Shown here: piece by piece, positions 19,483 to 28,296 of the stretch
Layout: the number at the start of each line of letters is the position of its first letter
Numbering within the stretch: position 1 is the first letter of the stretch
IMG/VR virus record: IMGVR_UViG_2531839455_000003
Source: a virus
Lineage: Duplodnaviria > Heunggongvirae > Uroviricota > Caudoviricetes
Reading direction: 5' to 3' (one strand)
Length of the DNA stretch: 38,174 nucleotides
Notes under the pieces: generated by a model
Seen by the model: only the letters and a program-made list of their open reading frames with translations
What the model was told of the DNA's origin: nothing
Database searches by the model: none
Translations under genes and position numbers: made by a program

Positions 19483-20283
19483 TTAACCGCGCTTCGCCTT
19501 CTGCGTCGCGGTGGTTTTTCGTGTTGCAGGCTTCCGCGTTGTCTTTTTACTTTTGCTGCTTTCGTCCTGCGCCTGCGGTGTGCTGGCATCTTCTGGTGCG
19601 GCTGCGGAATCGGCTTTTTTCAGGGCGCGGGAAAGGGTTGCAATCTCGCGTTTCACACCTGCGTTCGGGTTCAGGTGCATTGCTTCGCGCAGCAGCTTCA
19701 GTGACAGGGCCATGCTGTCCGCATCGCTCAGGCCACGGCGGGCAAAGGCGCACGCCTTGCATAATTTGGCGCGCACTTCGTCCGGCATGTCCTGGTCGGT
19801 GACAATCTCCCGGAGGGTATCCAGTGGTTCGATAAAGGCGGACAAATCCGCGTCGGCATCCGTCCCGGCCTGCGTCAGTACCGGGTTGCAGATTTCTTCG
19901 GTCAGCACTGTGGCAGCAGTACGGCCAAAGTTATCCGGCATGATGAGGTTGTGACGGACCACATACGCGCCAATACGCAGCGCAAGCGGAAGATCGCCGC
20001 AGTCAATCGCCCACACCATCAGCGTGGCAATCACTTCGTCCTGCTGCCCGCCGTCAGCCTCCAGCGTTCCCTCAATCCAGCCGGAAAAGTCCGGCAACAA
20101 CTCTTTTTTGATGGCGGCTTTTGCGCTTCTGGCCTGTACGCCCTTAAGCCGGGCCTGTGCCAGACGCAGACGATACAGCACCTCTTCATGCGCGGTACGC
20201 GCGGCGTGGTCCACGCCTTCATTCGCCCGGCCTGCGCGCTGTGCCATCACGTTCTGCCAGTGTTGCTGTGCAGGAGTAATCAT
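19483..20283 (-). CDS. M: terminase endonuclease (small) subunit gpM
   Basis: 266 aa with basic Lys/Thr/Arg-rich C-terminal tail; sits between capsid gene N and L. Confidence 0.86.
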   Translation of the reverse strand: MITPAQQHWQNVMAQRAGRANEGVDHAARTAHEEVLYRLRLAQARLKGVQARSAKAAIKKELLPDFSGWIEGTLEADGGQQDEVIATLMVWAIDCGDLPLALRIGAYVVRHNLIMPDNFGRTAATVLTEEICNPVLTQAGTDADADLSAFIEPLDTLREIVTDQDMPDEVRAKLCKACAFARRGLSDADSMALSLKLLREAMHLNPNAGVKREIATLSRALKKADSAAAPEDASTPQAQDESSKSKKTTRKPATRKTTATQKAKRG

Positions 20284-20328
20284 TTTTTCTCTCCGTTACA
20301 GGCGGGCATGATGCCCGCCGTGAGTTGA

Positions 20329-21381
20329 TTAGCTGTCGGCGAACTTCAGGCCAGTGACCATCGCGCACTTGCCATAGTCTTCAACGACATAAGCGTCATT
20401 GATGGACTGGTAGGTGGCGATACGGTTGTATTCCGGTTCGTCTTTCATCAGACGACGCATTGAACCTTTCTGCCAGTAAATCGACAGGTTGTTGAACGAG
20501 GTGATCAGCATCGTTGCATCCGGGAAGAACGGCGCAAGGAACACGCCCAGCCCGCCAATGGTGCGCGATGACAGGATGAGCTGCCCGGCAAGTAATTCCG
20601 CATTGGGATTCTGGCCGCTGATGCTGTTCAGCACGGGCAGACGCAGCGAGTTAAACAGGTTGCGCCCCATAATCACCACGAGGTCGTCAGCTTCCTTGTG
20701 CCATTCATCCAGCAGGGATGAACGCGCGTCCTGTACCAGTGCATCAGCGTTCGCATACTTACCCACGTGCGCCACGGTGTTGTCCATGTTGCGGGAGGTC
20801 AGCGTCACGTCATTCATAACGCGTTCGCTGGCGTCGGTTCTGATGTGCTCCAGCCAGCCCACGTTAACGTCCTGAAGCAGCTTGTTGGTGCTGAAGTTGG
20901 ACTCATCCGCGTGAGACGTGCCGTTGAAACCGATCATGATGCGGTCAAGCGCCACCTGTCGGGCAATCTGTGCGCTGATGCGGGACTGAAAATCAGGGTG
21001 TGCCGACCAGGCATCAAGCTGCGGATACGAAATAAACGTGTCGTAGTTCACCTGTTCGCACTGGTATTTGCGGTTTTTCAGATCAACCACGTTATTCGGG
21101 TTACGGCGTTTTGTGCCGTCATAACTGGTATTCGTGCGCGCAATCGGTCCTGTGGTGTCCAGGAGGATTTTTTCGCCTTTCTGGTCGGTCACGCCGATCA
21201 CGTTAATTCTTTTCGTTAATTCTGTGCTGTCCTTTGAGGCGTTTTCAAAACGCTGCTGCACCGCGGGTTCCACGGTAAATCGCGATACCAGCGCAGAAAC
21301 CGGGATATTATTAAGCGACGCCTGCTGCGCCATATAGCAACCCAGCTTGTTGCGGGTAATATCTGACATCACCAGATTCAT
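20329..21381 (-). CDS. N: major capsid protein gpN
   Basis: 350 aa; FTVEPAVQQ...TKRINVIGV resembles the P2 N N-terminal region. Confidence 0.92.
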   Translation of the reverse strand: MNLVMSDITRNKLGCYMAQQASLNNIPVSALVSRFTVEPAVQQRFENASKDSTELTKRINVIGVTDQKGEKILLDTTGPIARTNTSYDGTKRRNPNNVVDLKNRKYQCEQVNYDTFISYPQLDAWSAHPDFQSRISAQIARQVALDRIMIGFNGTSHADESNFSTNKLLQDVNVGWLEHIRTDASERVMNDVTLTSRNMDNTVAHVGKYANADALVQDARSSLLDEWHKEADDLVVIMGRNLFNSLRLPVLNSISGQNPNAELLAGQLILSSRTIGGLGVFLAPFFPDATMLITSFNNLSIYWQKGSMRRLMKDEPEYNRIATYQSINDAYVVEDYGKCAMVTGLKFADS

Positions 21382-21404
21382 AAAAAATTTGCTCCTTTGT
21401 CTTA

Positions 21405-22241
21405 TCAGAAGTCAGCCAGCTGGTCGGAGGCTGCGCCCGTTGCGGTGAACCGGTTCTGCGGATCGCCGTCCTGCGTGCGCAGTTTTTCCTTCAGTGCTGC
21501 CAGCTCTGTGGTCAGTGACGTAATTTTCTGGCGGTCCTGCTGATGGCGGGTTTCCAGCGCATTAAAACGGTCGATAATGTCGGCCTGTGACGTTGCGACA
21601 CCCTCCACCGCTTCCTGAATACGGGAGAAACTGGCGTCATCCGCTTTACGGCCACGGCCAATAATCCCCATAACGCGGTTAAACCACTGGGTGCCTTCTT
21701 CCTGGCGTTGTTCTGCCATTTCGATGATTTCAGACTCGATGGCTCCGGAGATAAGCGGTGCTTCACCCTGGATACTGTTGAACGTCATCACCGCCTGACG
21801 TTGCTGTGCCGTGAATTTCAGGCGCTCAGTGCCCAGGCTTGCCGGGGTGTCGGTCATCGCCAGCCCGACCAGATAGGCGCGCCCGTTAACGGAGAACTGC
21901 GGGTGCAGTTCGATACTGGAATAGATTTTCTTGCCGTCAGCGACAAGCTGCTTCATGCGCTCGGTCGGTTCGATTTCTGCATACAGCGCAGTACGTCCGG
22001 CCAGCGGACCTTCCGTAATGTCTTCCGTACTCAGTGCGGTGACATCGCCCATTGCGGAAAATTCGCTTGACGGGCATGGCGAAAGATAGTGCTCAACGTT
22101 CACGCGGGCAGCGTAAACATCCGGGTTGAAGTTCTCGGCGGCTTCACGCAGATGCACCGGACTGATTTCACGGCCATCAACAGTTGATCCGGAGACAGCC
22201 ACGCGAAACTTTTTGCGGGATGTCTTTTTTTCATTAGCCAT
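21405..22241 (-). CDS. O: capsid scaffolding protein gpO
   Basis: Start trimmed to ATG 22241 (MANEKKTSRKKFRVAVSG, SD GAGGGG); transcribed divergently from P. Confidence 0.9.
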   Translation of the reverse strand: MANEKKTSRKKFRVAVSGSTVDGREISPVHLREAAENFNPDVYAARVNVEHYLSPCPSSEFSAMGDVTALSTEDITEGPLAGRTALYAEIEPTERMKQLVADGKKIYSSIELHPQFSVNGRAYLVGLAMTDTPASLGTERLKFTAQQRQAVMTFNSIQGEAPLISGAIESEIIEMAEQRQEEGTQWFNRVMGIIGRGRKADDASFSRIQEAVEGVATSQADIIDRFNALETRHQQDRQKITSLTTELAALKEKLRTQDGDPQNRFTATGAASDQLADF

Positions 22242-22395
22242 AGTTTTTGCCCCTCTGACTGGTTCTTCAGTCATGATGGCAAAGCGTAACAGGCTGATAC
22301 AAAGGGCTTTTGTTGTAAGAAAACGGCCAGAACAGGGGGTTAAGGAGAACAGTTTCGCGCGCGGGTAATCTTCCTGTAATTACTCAGGGGGAGCA

Positions 22396-24147
22396 ATGAT
22401 TCAGGACGCTTTTGTGCGCCAGCGTGCGCGGCAACTTTACTGGCAGGGTTATCCGCCCGCAGAAATATCACGTCTGATGGGAATAAACCCGAACACGATT
22501 TATGCGTGGAAAAAACGCGACCAGTGGGATGAAACGCCACCCGTGCAGCGTGTCACGCAGTCCATCGATGCGCGCCTCATCCAGCTCACTGAAAAACAGA
22601 ATAAAACAGGTGGTGACTTCAAGGAAATAGACCTGCTGACCCGGCAGCTTAAAAAACTGCATGATGGCCAGCCGGATGCGACGGCCACAGGAAAGAAAGG
22701 CCGGGCGAAAAAACTCAAAAATCATTTCACGCCGGAACAGATTGCCGCACTGCGGGAAAAAATCATCAGCAGGCTGGAGTGGCATCAGCGGGGCTGGTTT
22801 GACTCCCTGACCCTTTGCAGGGAAGCCGGGATACGTAACAGGATGATCCTGAAATCCCGACAGATTGGGGCGACCTGGTATTTTGCACAGGAAGCTCTGC
22901 TGATGGCGCTGCGTGACGATGTGGCGCAACCTTACCAGCGTAACCAGATTTTTTTGTCTGCGTCGCGTCGTCAGGCGTTCCAGTTTAAAAGCATTATTCA
23001 GAAGGCCGCGGCTGAAGTTGATGTGGAGCTGAAAGGGGGCGATAAAATCATCCTCTCCAACGGCGCAGAGCTGCATTTTCTCGGCACTTCTGCTGCGTCG
23101 GCACAGTCCTATACGGGCAATTTTTATTTTGATGAATTTTTCTGGGTCAGTCGCTTTGCTGAACTGCGCAAGGTGGCTGGCGCTATGGCAACCCTCAGCG
23201 GACTGCGGCGCACATACTTCTCCACGCCATCCACCGAAACGCACGAGGCATACGCCTACTGGAACGGCGACCGCTGGAACGAGAAAAAGGCCTCGCATAA
23301 ACGCCAGCGTTTTTCTGTGGACTGGAAAACGCTGCATAACGGGCTTATCTGCCCTGACCGGACGTGGCGGCAAATTGTCACGCTGGAAGATGTGGTTAAT
23401 CACGGCTGGAAACACACCGATATTGATGAAATTCGTGATGAAAACACCGAAGACGAGTTCCTCAATCTCTATATGTGTGAGTTTGTTCGCGAAGGGGAAT
23501 CGGCATTTAACCTGAATATCCTGATTGGCTGCGGTGTTGACGGATACGACGACTGGAAAGACTGGAAACCTTTTGCTCCCCGCCCGATGGGGAATCGTCC
23601 GGTATGGATTGGGTATGACGCAAACGGCAGCAGTGGCAACGGCGACAGCGGCGCGGTGTCCGTGGTGGTTCCTCCGGCTGTTCCTGGTGGCCGTTTTCGA
23701 ACGGTGGAGACGCGACGCGTTCAGGGGCTGGAGTTTGAAGAACAGGCCAGAGTCATTGAAGAGTTCACGTGTCGCTACAACGTGGAACACATCGGCATTG
23801 ATGTGACGGGCGGAAACGGGGAGGCTGTTTATCAGATAGTGAAGCGGTTTTTCCCTGCTGCTATTCCGTACACCTTCACGCTGTCATCCAAACGGTCGCT
23901 GGTACTGAAAATGCTGCAAATAATGCGTGCCGGACGGTGGGAATACGATCGCGCCGAACGCGAGCTGGTCGCGGCCTTTAACGCCGTGCGTAAGGTGAAA
24001 ACACCGGGCGGCTTTATCACTTACGAAACGGACCGCGCGAGGGGGATCAGCCACGGCGACCTTGCGTGGGCAACCATGCTTGCTGTCATTAACGAACCAA
24101 TTGGCGGCGAAGGAGAAAACGAGCGTTTCACGGTTATGGAGTTCTGA
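22396..24147 (+). CDS. P: terminase large (ATPase) subunit gpP
   Basis: 583 aa; N-terminal HTH-like region followed by the ATPase/nuclease body. Confidence 0.93.
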   Translation: MIQDAFVRQRARQLYWQGYPPAEISRLMGINPNTIYAWKKRDQWDETPPVQRVTQSIDARLIQLTEKQNKTGGDFKEIDLLTRQLKKLHDGQPDATATGKKGRAKKLKNHFTPEQIAALREKIISRLEWHQRGWFDSLTLCREAGIRNRMILKSRQIGATWYFAQEALLMALRDDVAQPYQRNQIFLSASRRQAFQFKSIIQKAAAEVDVELKGGDKIILSNGAELHFLGTSAASAQSYTGNFYFDEFFWVSRFAELRKVAGAMATLSGLRRTYFSTPSTETHEAYAYWNGDRWNEKKASHKRQRFSVDWKTLHNGLICPDRTWRQIVTLEDVVNHGWKHTDIDEIRDENTEDEFLNLYMCEFVREGESAFNLNILIGCGVDGYDDWKDWKPFAPRPMGNRPVWIGYDANGSSGNGDSGAVSVVVPPAVPGGRFRTVETRRVQGLEFEEQARVIEEFTCRYNVEHIGIDVTGGNGEAVYQIVKRFFPAAIPYTFTLSSKRSLVLKMLQIMRAGRWEYDRAERELVAAFNAVRKVKTPGGFITYETDRARGISHGDLAWATMLAVINEPIGGEGENERFTVMEF

Positions 24148-25193
24148 TGAGCAGAAAAAATAAAAAAGTGCGCATGAGTTCACGCATTGATCTCGCTGAT
24201 GCGCTCAGGAAAGAATCATCGCTCAGTGCATTCACATTTGATGGTCCTTATCGCCTGACCGGGCATGACCTGCTGGACAATATGTACTGTGCTGATAACG
24301 GGCGGTGGTATGAAACCCCGGTGGACTGGTACGGTCTGGCAAGAGCAGCCCGGCAAACGTCCTGGCATCAGTCTGCGCTTTACTTTAAGCGCAATGTATT
24401 ACTCGGTTGCTACATCCCGCACCCGCTGCTTTCCCGGCAGGATTTCTCGGCGCTGGCGCTGGACTGGTTTGTGTTCGGTAACGCATTCCTTGAGCTTCGA
24501 AGCAATATGCTCGGCGAACCGCTTAAATTACGGCACGCACTGGCGAAATACATGCGACGCGGAAGCGATCTTGAATCATGGTGGTATGTGCAGGATGGCA
24601 AGGACGCGTTCCAGTTTCGCCCTGGCAAAGTGTGCCACCTGATGAATCCGGACATTAACCAGGAAATTTACGGCATGCCGGAATATCTTGGCGCATTACT
24701 CTCGGCCAGCCTGTCTCATTCGGCGGACATGTTCAGAAAACTGTATTACGACAATGGATCCCACGCCGGGTGCATCATCTACATCGGTGCAGCGCAGGTG
24801 AACCGCGAAAGCATGGACTCCCTGAAAGAAACGTTACAGGGTGCGCGTGGTGGTGGTGCGTTTAAAAACGTGCTCATCCATGCGCCCAACGGGGGCAAAG
24901 AGGGGGTGCAAATTTTGCCGTTCCAGCAGATCACAGCAAAAGATGAGTTCATGAATGTTAAGGCGGCATCCCGTGATGATGTGCTGGCTGCGCACCGCGT
25001 TCCGCCGCAACTGATGGGGGCGATGCCGGGCGAAAAAAGTGCGTTTGGTGATGTGGAGAAGGCCGCGCGGGTTTACGCAATTAACGAGCTGATGCCCGTC
25101 ATGGAGGCCATGAAGCACATCAATGACTGGCTTGGCGAAGAGGTGATCCGCTTTAACCCTTACGCACTGTTAGACACCCAGCCCACATCCTGA
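24147..25193 (+). CDS. Q: portal (capsid portal vertex) protein gpQ
   Basis: 348 aa; overlapping stop/start with P (ATGA). Confidence 0.93.
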   Translation: MSRKNKKVRMSSRIDLADALRKESSLSAFTFDGPYRLTGHDLLDNMYCADNGRWYETPVDWYGLARAARQTSWHQSALYFKRNVLLGCYIPHPLLSRQDFSALALDWFVFGNAFLELRSNMLGEPLKLRHALAKYMRRGSDLESWWYVQDGKDAFQFRPGKVCHLMNPDINQEIYGMPEYLGALLSASLSHSADMFRKLYYDNGSHAGCIIYIGAAQVNRESMDSLKETLQGARGGGAFKNVLIHAPNGGKEGVQILPFQQITAKDEFMNVKAASRDDVLAAHRVPPQLMGAMPGEKSAFGDVEKAARVYAINELMPVMEAMKHINDWLGEEVIRFNPYALLDTQPTS

Positions 25194-25220
25194 CGCGCTT
25201 CGCTTGTCTGCTGCTTCGCC

Positions 25221-25243
25221 GGGGCATAAAAAATTTATGCCCC
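25221..25243. other. perfect inverted repeat GGGGCATAAA-AAA-TTTATGCCCC just after Q
   Basis: 10-bp arms; no T tract follows, so it is more likely a protein-binding or packaging-region element than an intrinsic terminator. Confidence 0.4.
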
Positions 25244-25617
25244 GACTCTCCAGCTCCTGTATCAGTCAGATAATTTCACGACGCTTTCCTGCTGATTGCC
25301 ATCATCGACAGTCAGACTCTTACGCAATCCCACCGCGTTGACTGCATGTTCTCGCCGTCTCAGTGCGATTTTGACGGCCTTACCTTTCACCCCATCAAAT
25401 CAAAAGCCCTCACGTCTTTTTCACGCTCAGCGTGAGAAATACAGCCATTCTGTTGTGTCGCTGCGACATCGTTCAGGGGATGCTATTTACCCCCTGAAAC
25501 GCGGGCTGTTCCCCCGTCACCTGCGCGCAGAAAAAATGCGTTTTTTTGTGCACGCACGGATCCTTGACGGATCCAGCCACCATGCGGGCCGGAAGGGCAA
25601 AAAGTCGTTCAAAAAAA

Positions 25618-25654
25618 TTGTGCAAATTTGTGCACTATTGTGCATTTGTATAGT
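25618..25654 (+). promoter_or_regulatory. three helically phased TTGTGCA direct repeats with a candidate -10 (TATAGT) upstream of the cargo operon
   Basis: TTGTGCA at 25618, 25628 and 25638 (exact 10-bp spacing); TATAGT at 25649-25654; about 70 nt upstream of ATG 25724. Confidence 0.4.
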
Positions 25655-25723
25655 GAAAAAAATATAGCAGAAAGTATACTTAGCGCCTTGTGGGCTACGT
25701 TAACTTTGCAGGAACATTTGGAA

Positions 25724-27103
25724 ATGAAAAAAATCAATAAAGAAGATTCTAAAAGAACCTTTTTACGTGGATGGTTGCGATTTCTTCGTAGCGTTGAGAG
25801 AGCTAAGAAAAAAAAGCCTGCGCAAGAGAAAAATGGTAGTCTTCGTTTTTCCGATGAAACAACTCCTGTCCAAAACCAAGTCGCTACGTTCATTGAAAAT
25901 ATATCGATTATAAAAGAGTATGACTCATCAATTCTTCGTCGTGACGCAGAGAAGATATTAATACCTAAATATTTTGACTTATATGACAATCCAGAGAAAT
26001 CTCTGCTATTTATTAGTGCAGCCACAAAATTAATTGCAAGAGGTAAATGGAAATCATATATTTTTGATTACAAGAAAAACAAAAAACACTGTCTTGGTCT
26101 TGAGTGTCTATTAGGTGTTGCTCTTACAGCAGCAAGGCAAAGTAATATAAATTTCAAAGATACGATGATTCAGATTAATGGTATCTACCCTAAAGATGAA
26201 CAGTATCTTGAAATTATCAGGGATGTCGGGCTTGTAAAAGAGATTAGTAATGCTGCACCAGGTAAAGTTCTGGACTCTACTGAAGCATCGAAAAAAGCGA
26301 ATCCGAAGAAACGAATCTTCTCTGCTGATAGTATCGGAAAGGAGAATGCTTCTGCCTTTGCCCATGACAGAAAAAATGTCACTGCTGAAAAATTTACCGC
26401 ATACATAAACGAATGCTTAAATGATCATAATTTAAAACTTGTACATGAGGCAGAAAAGCATTTAACTTCCTGCATGGGGGAACTCCTTGATAATGCGGAG
26501 CGGCATTGTGGGTTAGAGCAACGCCCACGCTGGTATTTGAGAGGTTTTGTTAATAATAACGTACGAAACCCCATATGTGAGTTGGCTGTTTTCAATTTTG
26601 GGAAAACTATCAGCGAAACTTTTGATAATTTACCTGAGGATCATTTTTCATTAAGTCAACAAGTTAATCCATACATAAATAAGCATATTAAGAAAAAGGG
26701 TATGTTTAAGGAAGGATTAACAACAGTAGCGGCCTTGCAAGGGCGGGTGAGTTGTAAAAACGAGAAAGAAACTGACAGTTCTGGCACCGGAACAATTGAA
26801 TTATTGAAGTTATTTCAAGATATGCATGATAATCTTAAAAAAATGGGAAGAGATATTAAAGGTGGGATAAAAATGACTTTAATATCTGGTAGTACTCATA
26901 TTAACTTTGATGGATCATATAAATTAAAGCAAAGGTTGGTTAATGACGAGGAAAGTGACATTTTTACTTACCCTTTTAATGATGTAGGGCTTGAATCTGA
27001 ACCGGATCGCAACTATCTTAAGCGTATGAAGGATGCTCGATTTCCTGGAGTTATGATCAATATTCGTTTTCCTCTACCAGAAAACGCCACCCAGCGAACT
27101 TGA
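25724..27103 (+). CDS. cargo gene 1: predicted GHKL/Bergerat-fold ATPase-like protein (possible Ser/His-kinase-type), function unknown
   Basis: 459 aa from the first ATG; AT-rich. N-box-like motif GELLDNAERH (E-x3-N-A-x2-H), then a degenerate G1-like FNFGKT and a G2-like SSGTGTIELL glycine loop in the C-terminal half. Confidence 0.7.
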   Translation: MKKINKEDSKRTFLRGWLRFLRSVERAKKKKPAQEKNGSLRFSDETTPVQNQVATFIENISIIKEYDSSILRRDAEKILIPKYFDLYDNPEKSLLFISAATKLIARGKWKSYIFDYKKNKKHCLGLECLLGVALTAARQSNINFKDTMIQINGIYPKDEQYLEIIRDVGLVKEISNAAPGKVLDSTEASKKANPKKRIFSADSIGKENASAFAHDRKNVTAEKFTAYINECLNDHNLKLVHEAEKHLTSCMGELLDNAERHCGLEQRPRWYLRGFVNNNVRNPICELAVFNFGKTISETFDNLPEDHFSLSQQVNPYINKHIKKKGMFKEGLTTVAALQGRVSCKNEKETDSSGTGTIELLKLFQDMHDNLKKMGRDIKGGIKMTLISGSTHINFDGSYKLKQRLVNDEESDIFTYPFNDVGLESEPDRNYLKRMKDARFPGVMINIRFPLPENATQRT

Positions 27104-27113
27104 GGACAGGTAC

Positions 27114-27458
27114 ATGAAAATGGCTGACATCACCATAGATTTCAATAAGTTAGTAAAAGATAGTAACAAGAAACTTTTTGCTGGACGTTCTAATGGGCGC
27201 CAGGCCTATGATTACTTTAATATAGGGAAATTTTGCACAACCAGTAATGATAGATTATATCTATTGATCCCCAAGGGAATTGTTGTATCAAGCTCATACT
27301 TTCTAGGTATGCTTGAAACGGTTTTGCCGAAATTTTCTTCGCCTAGCGAATTTTATAGTCGCACTGTACTTGATGGTCGTGAATATAAAGAAGGTATGCT
27401 TTCTGAATTAGATAGAGCTGTAAGGAGAGGCTTACATAAAAATGTTCCCTTCTTTTAA
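27114..27458 (+). CDS. cargo gene 2: small cytoplasmic protein, possible STAS-like (anti-sigma-antagonist fold) partner
   Basis: 114 aa, 10 nt after the gene 1 stop (SD GGACAGG). Motif LYLLIPKGIVVSSSYFLGMLETV resembles the beta-strand plus DSSG serine loop of SpoIIAA/RsbV-type STAS domains; assigned by motif only. Confidence 0.6.
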   Translation: MKMADITIDFNKLVKDSNKKLFAGRSNGRQAYDYFNIGKFCTTSNDRLYLLIPKGIVVSSSYFLGMLETVLPKFSSPSEFYSRTVLDGREYKEGMLSELDRAVRRGLHKNVPFF

Positions 27459-28251
27459 AAATATTTTTCAAATCAAAATGACAGCGCTGTCTGTCATTTT
27501 TTTTATATTCCCCGCAGCTTGCTCTGTGACAGATTTTTCCAATAAAGAAAACATTGAATGTAATGAGTCACTTTATCCAAACACGCCTTTTTATATTTCC
27601 GATTCAGGACTTAGTGGTATATCATCACCGTTTTTGTTATCCGGAAACCCGAATGATGGCTTGATGTTTTGTGAAAAGGCAAACGACACCTTTCATAAGT
27701 TATCTCTGGCAAGGGATAACAAAAAAGATTTATTTGCTAATTATTTCAAAGATGTTCCAAATTCCTATGATATATATAATATTGTAAAGGTTCCGGAAAA
27801 TGGTCCAGAGTGGATTTCTATTGGCATCTCTTTATTTGCTTTAGTTTCATCCTTTGTTATTCCTTGTGTTCAACATAGAAAAGAACGTAAAGAAGCTATT
27901 AATGAAGGGTATTGGGTAAGAGAAGTAATTATGCCTAAAATTAATGGGTTGGCATTCGATGTTGTGCAAAGTTTTAAAAACTCCATGGCATTATCAGAAG
28001 AGGAGTTTCTTAGTGTATTCAGTAATACTCTTTTACCAAAACTAGGAGAGTTACGGGATTCATTATATTTGTTTAATAGTTTTCCAGAATTAAATGCAGA
28101 TATTGAAAATCTAGAAAGTATTTGTGACTCCTTGGAGGAAGAAGTTTCCAATCATATAGACTCGCCTAATGAAATAAGAATTTCTGATATATCAATGTTT
28201 CATTCCAAATTAATACAGAAATTAATTTTACTTCATAAGAAGATAGGTTGA
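27442..28251 (+). CDS. cargo gene 3: membrane protein (N-terminal signal/anchor plus internal TM helix), candidate effector
   Basis: 269 aa. Start overlaps the gene 2 end by 17 nt; SD AAGGAGAGG upstream. N-terminal hydrophobic segment MTALSVIFFIFPAAC, internal TM EWISIGISLFALVSSFVIPCV, acidic C-terminal domain. Confidence 0.65.
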   Translation: MFPSFKNIFQIKMTALSVIFFIFPAACSVTDFSNKENIECNESLYPNTPFYISDSGLSGISSPFLLSGNPNDGLMFCEKANDTFHKLSLARDNKKDLFANYFKDVPNSYDIYNIVKVPENGPEWISIGISLFALVSSFVIPCVQHRKERKEAINEGYWVREVIMPKINGLAFDVVQSFKNSMALSEEEFLSVFSNTLLPKLGELRDSLYLFNSFPELNADIENLESICDSLEEEVSNHIDSPNEIRISDISMFHSKLIQKLILLHKKIG

Positions 28252-28296
28252 TTTTCAAGGCCTCCTTATTCCTAGGGCGGCCTTAGCTCTATATTT

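Noticed and set aside
22242-22395. Ogr-type late-promoter element (TGT-N12-ACA) in the O/P divergent region
   Set aside because: I looked for the P2 consensus dyad by eye and found no exact match; the divergent late promoters are inferred from gene arrangement only and not reported as features.
22468-23790. 440-aa minus-strand ORF covering most of terminase gene P
   Set aside because: Antisense to a well-supported terminase gene; no start context.
25221-25243. Calling the inverted repeat after Q an intrinsic terminator
   Set aside because: The stem is followed by GACTCTCC, not a U tract; kept only as a dyad symmetry, possibly packaging-related.
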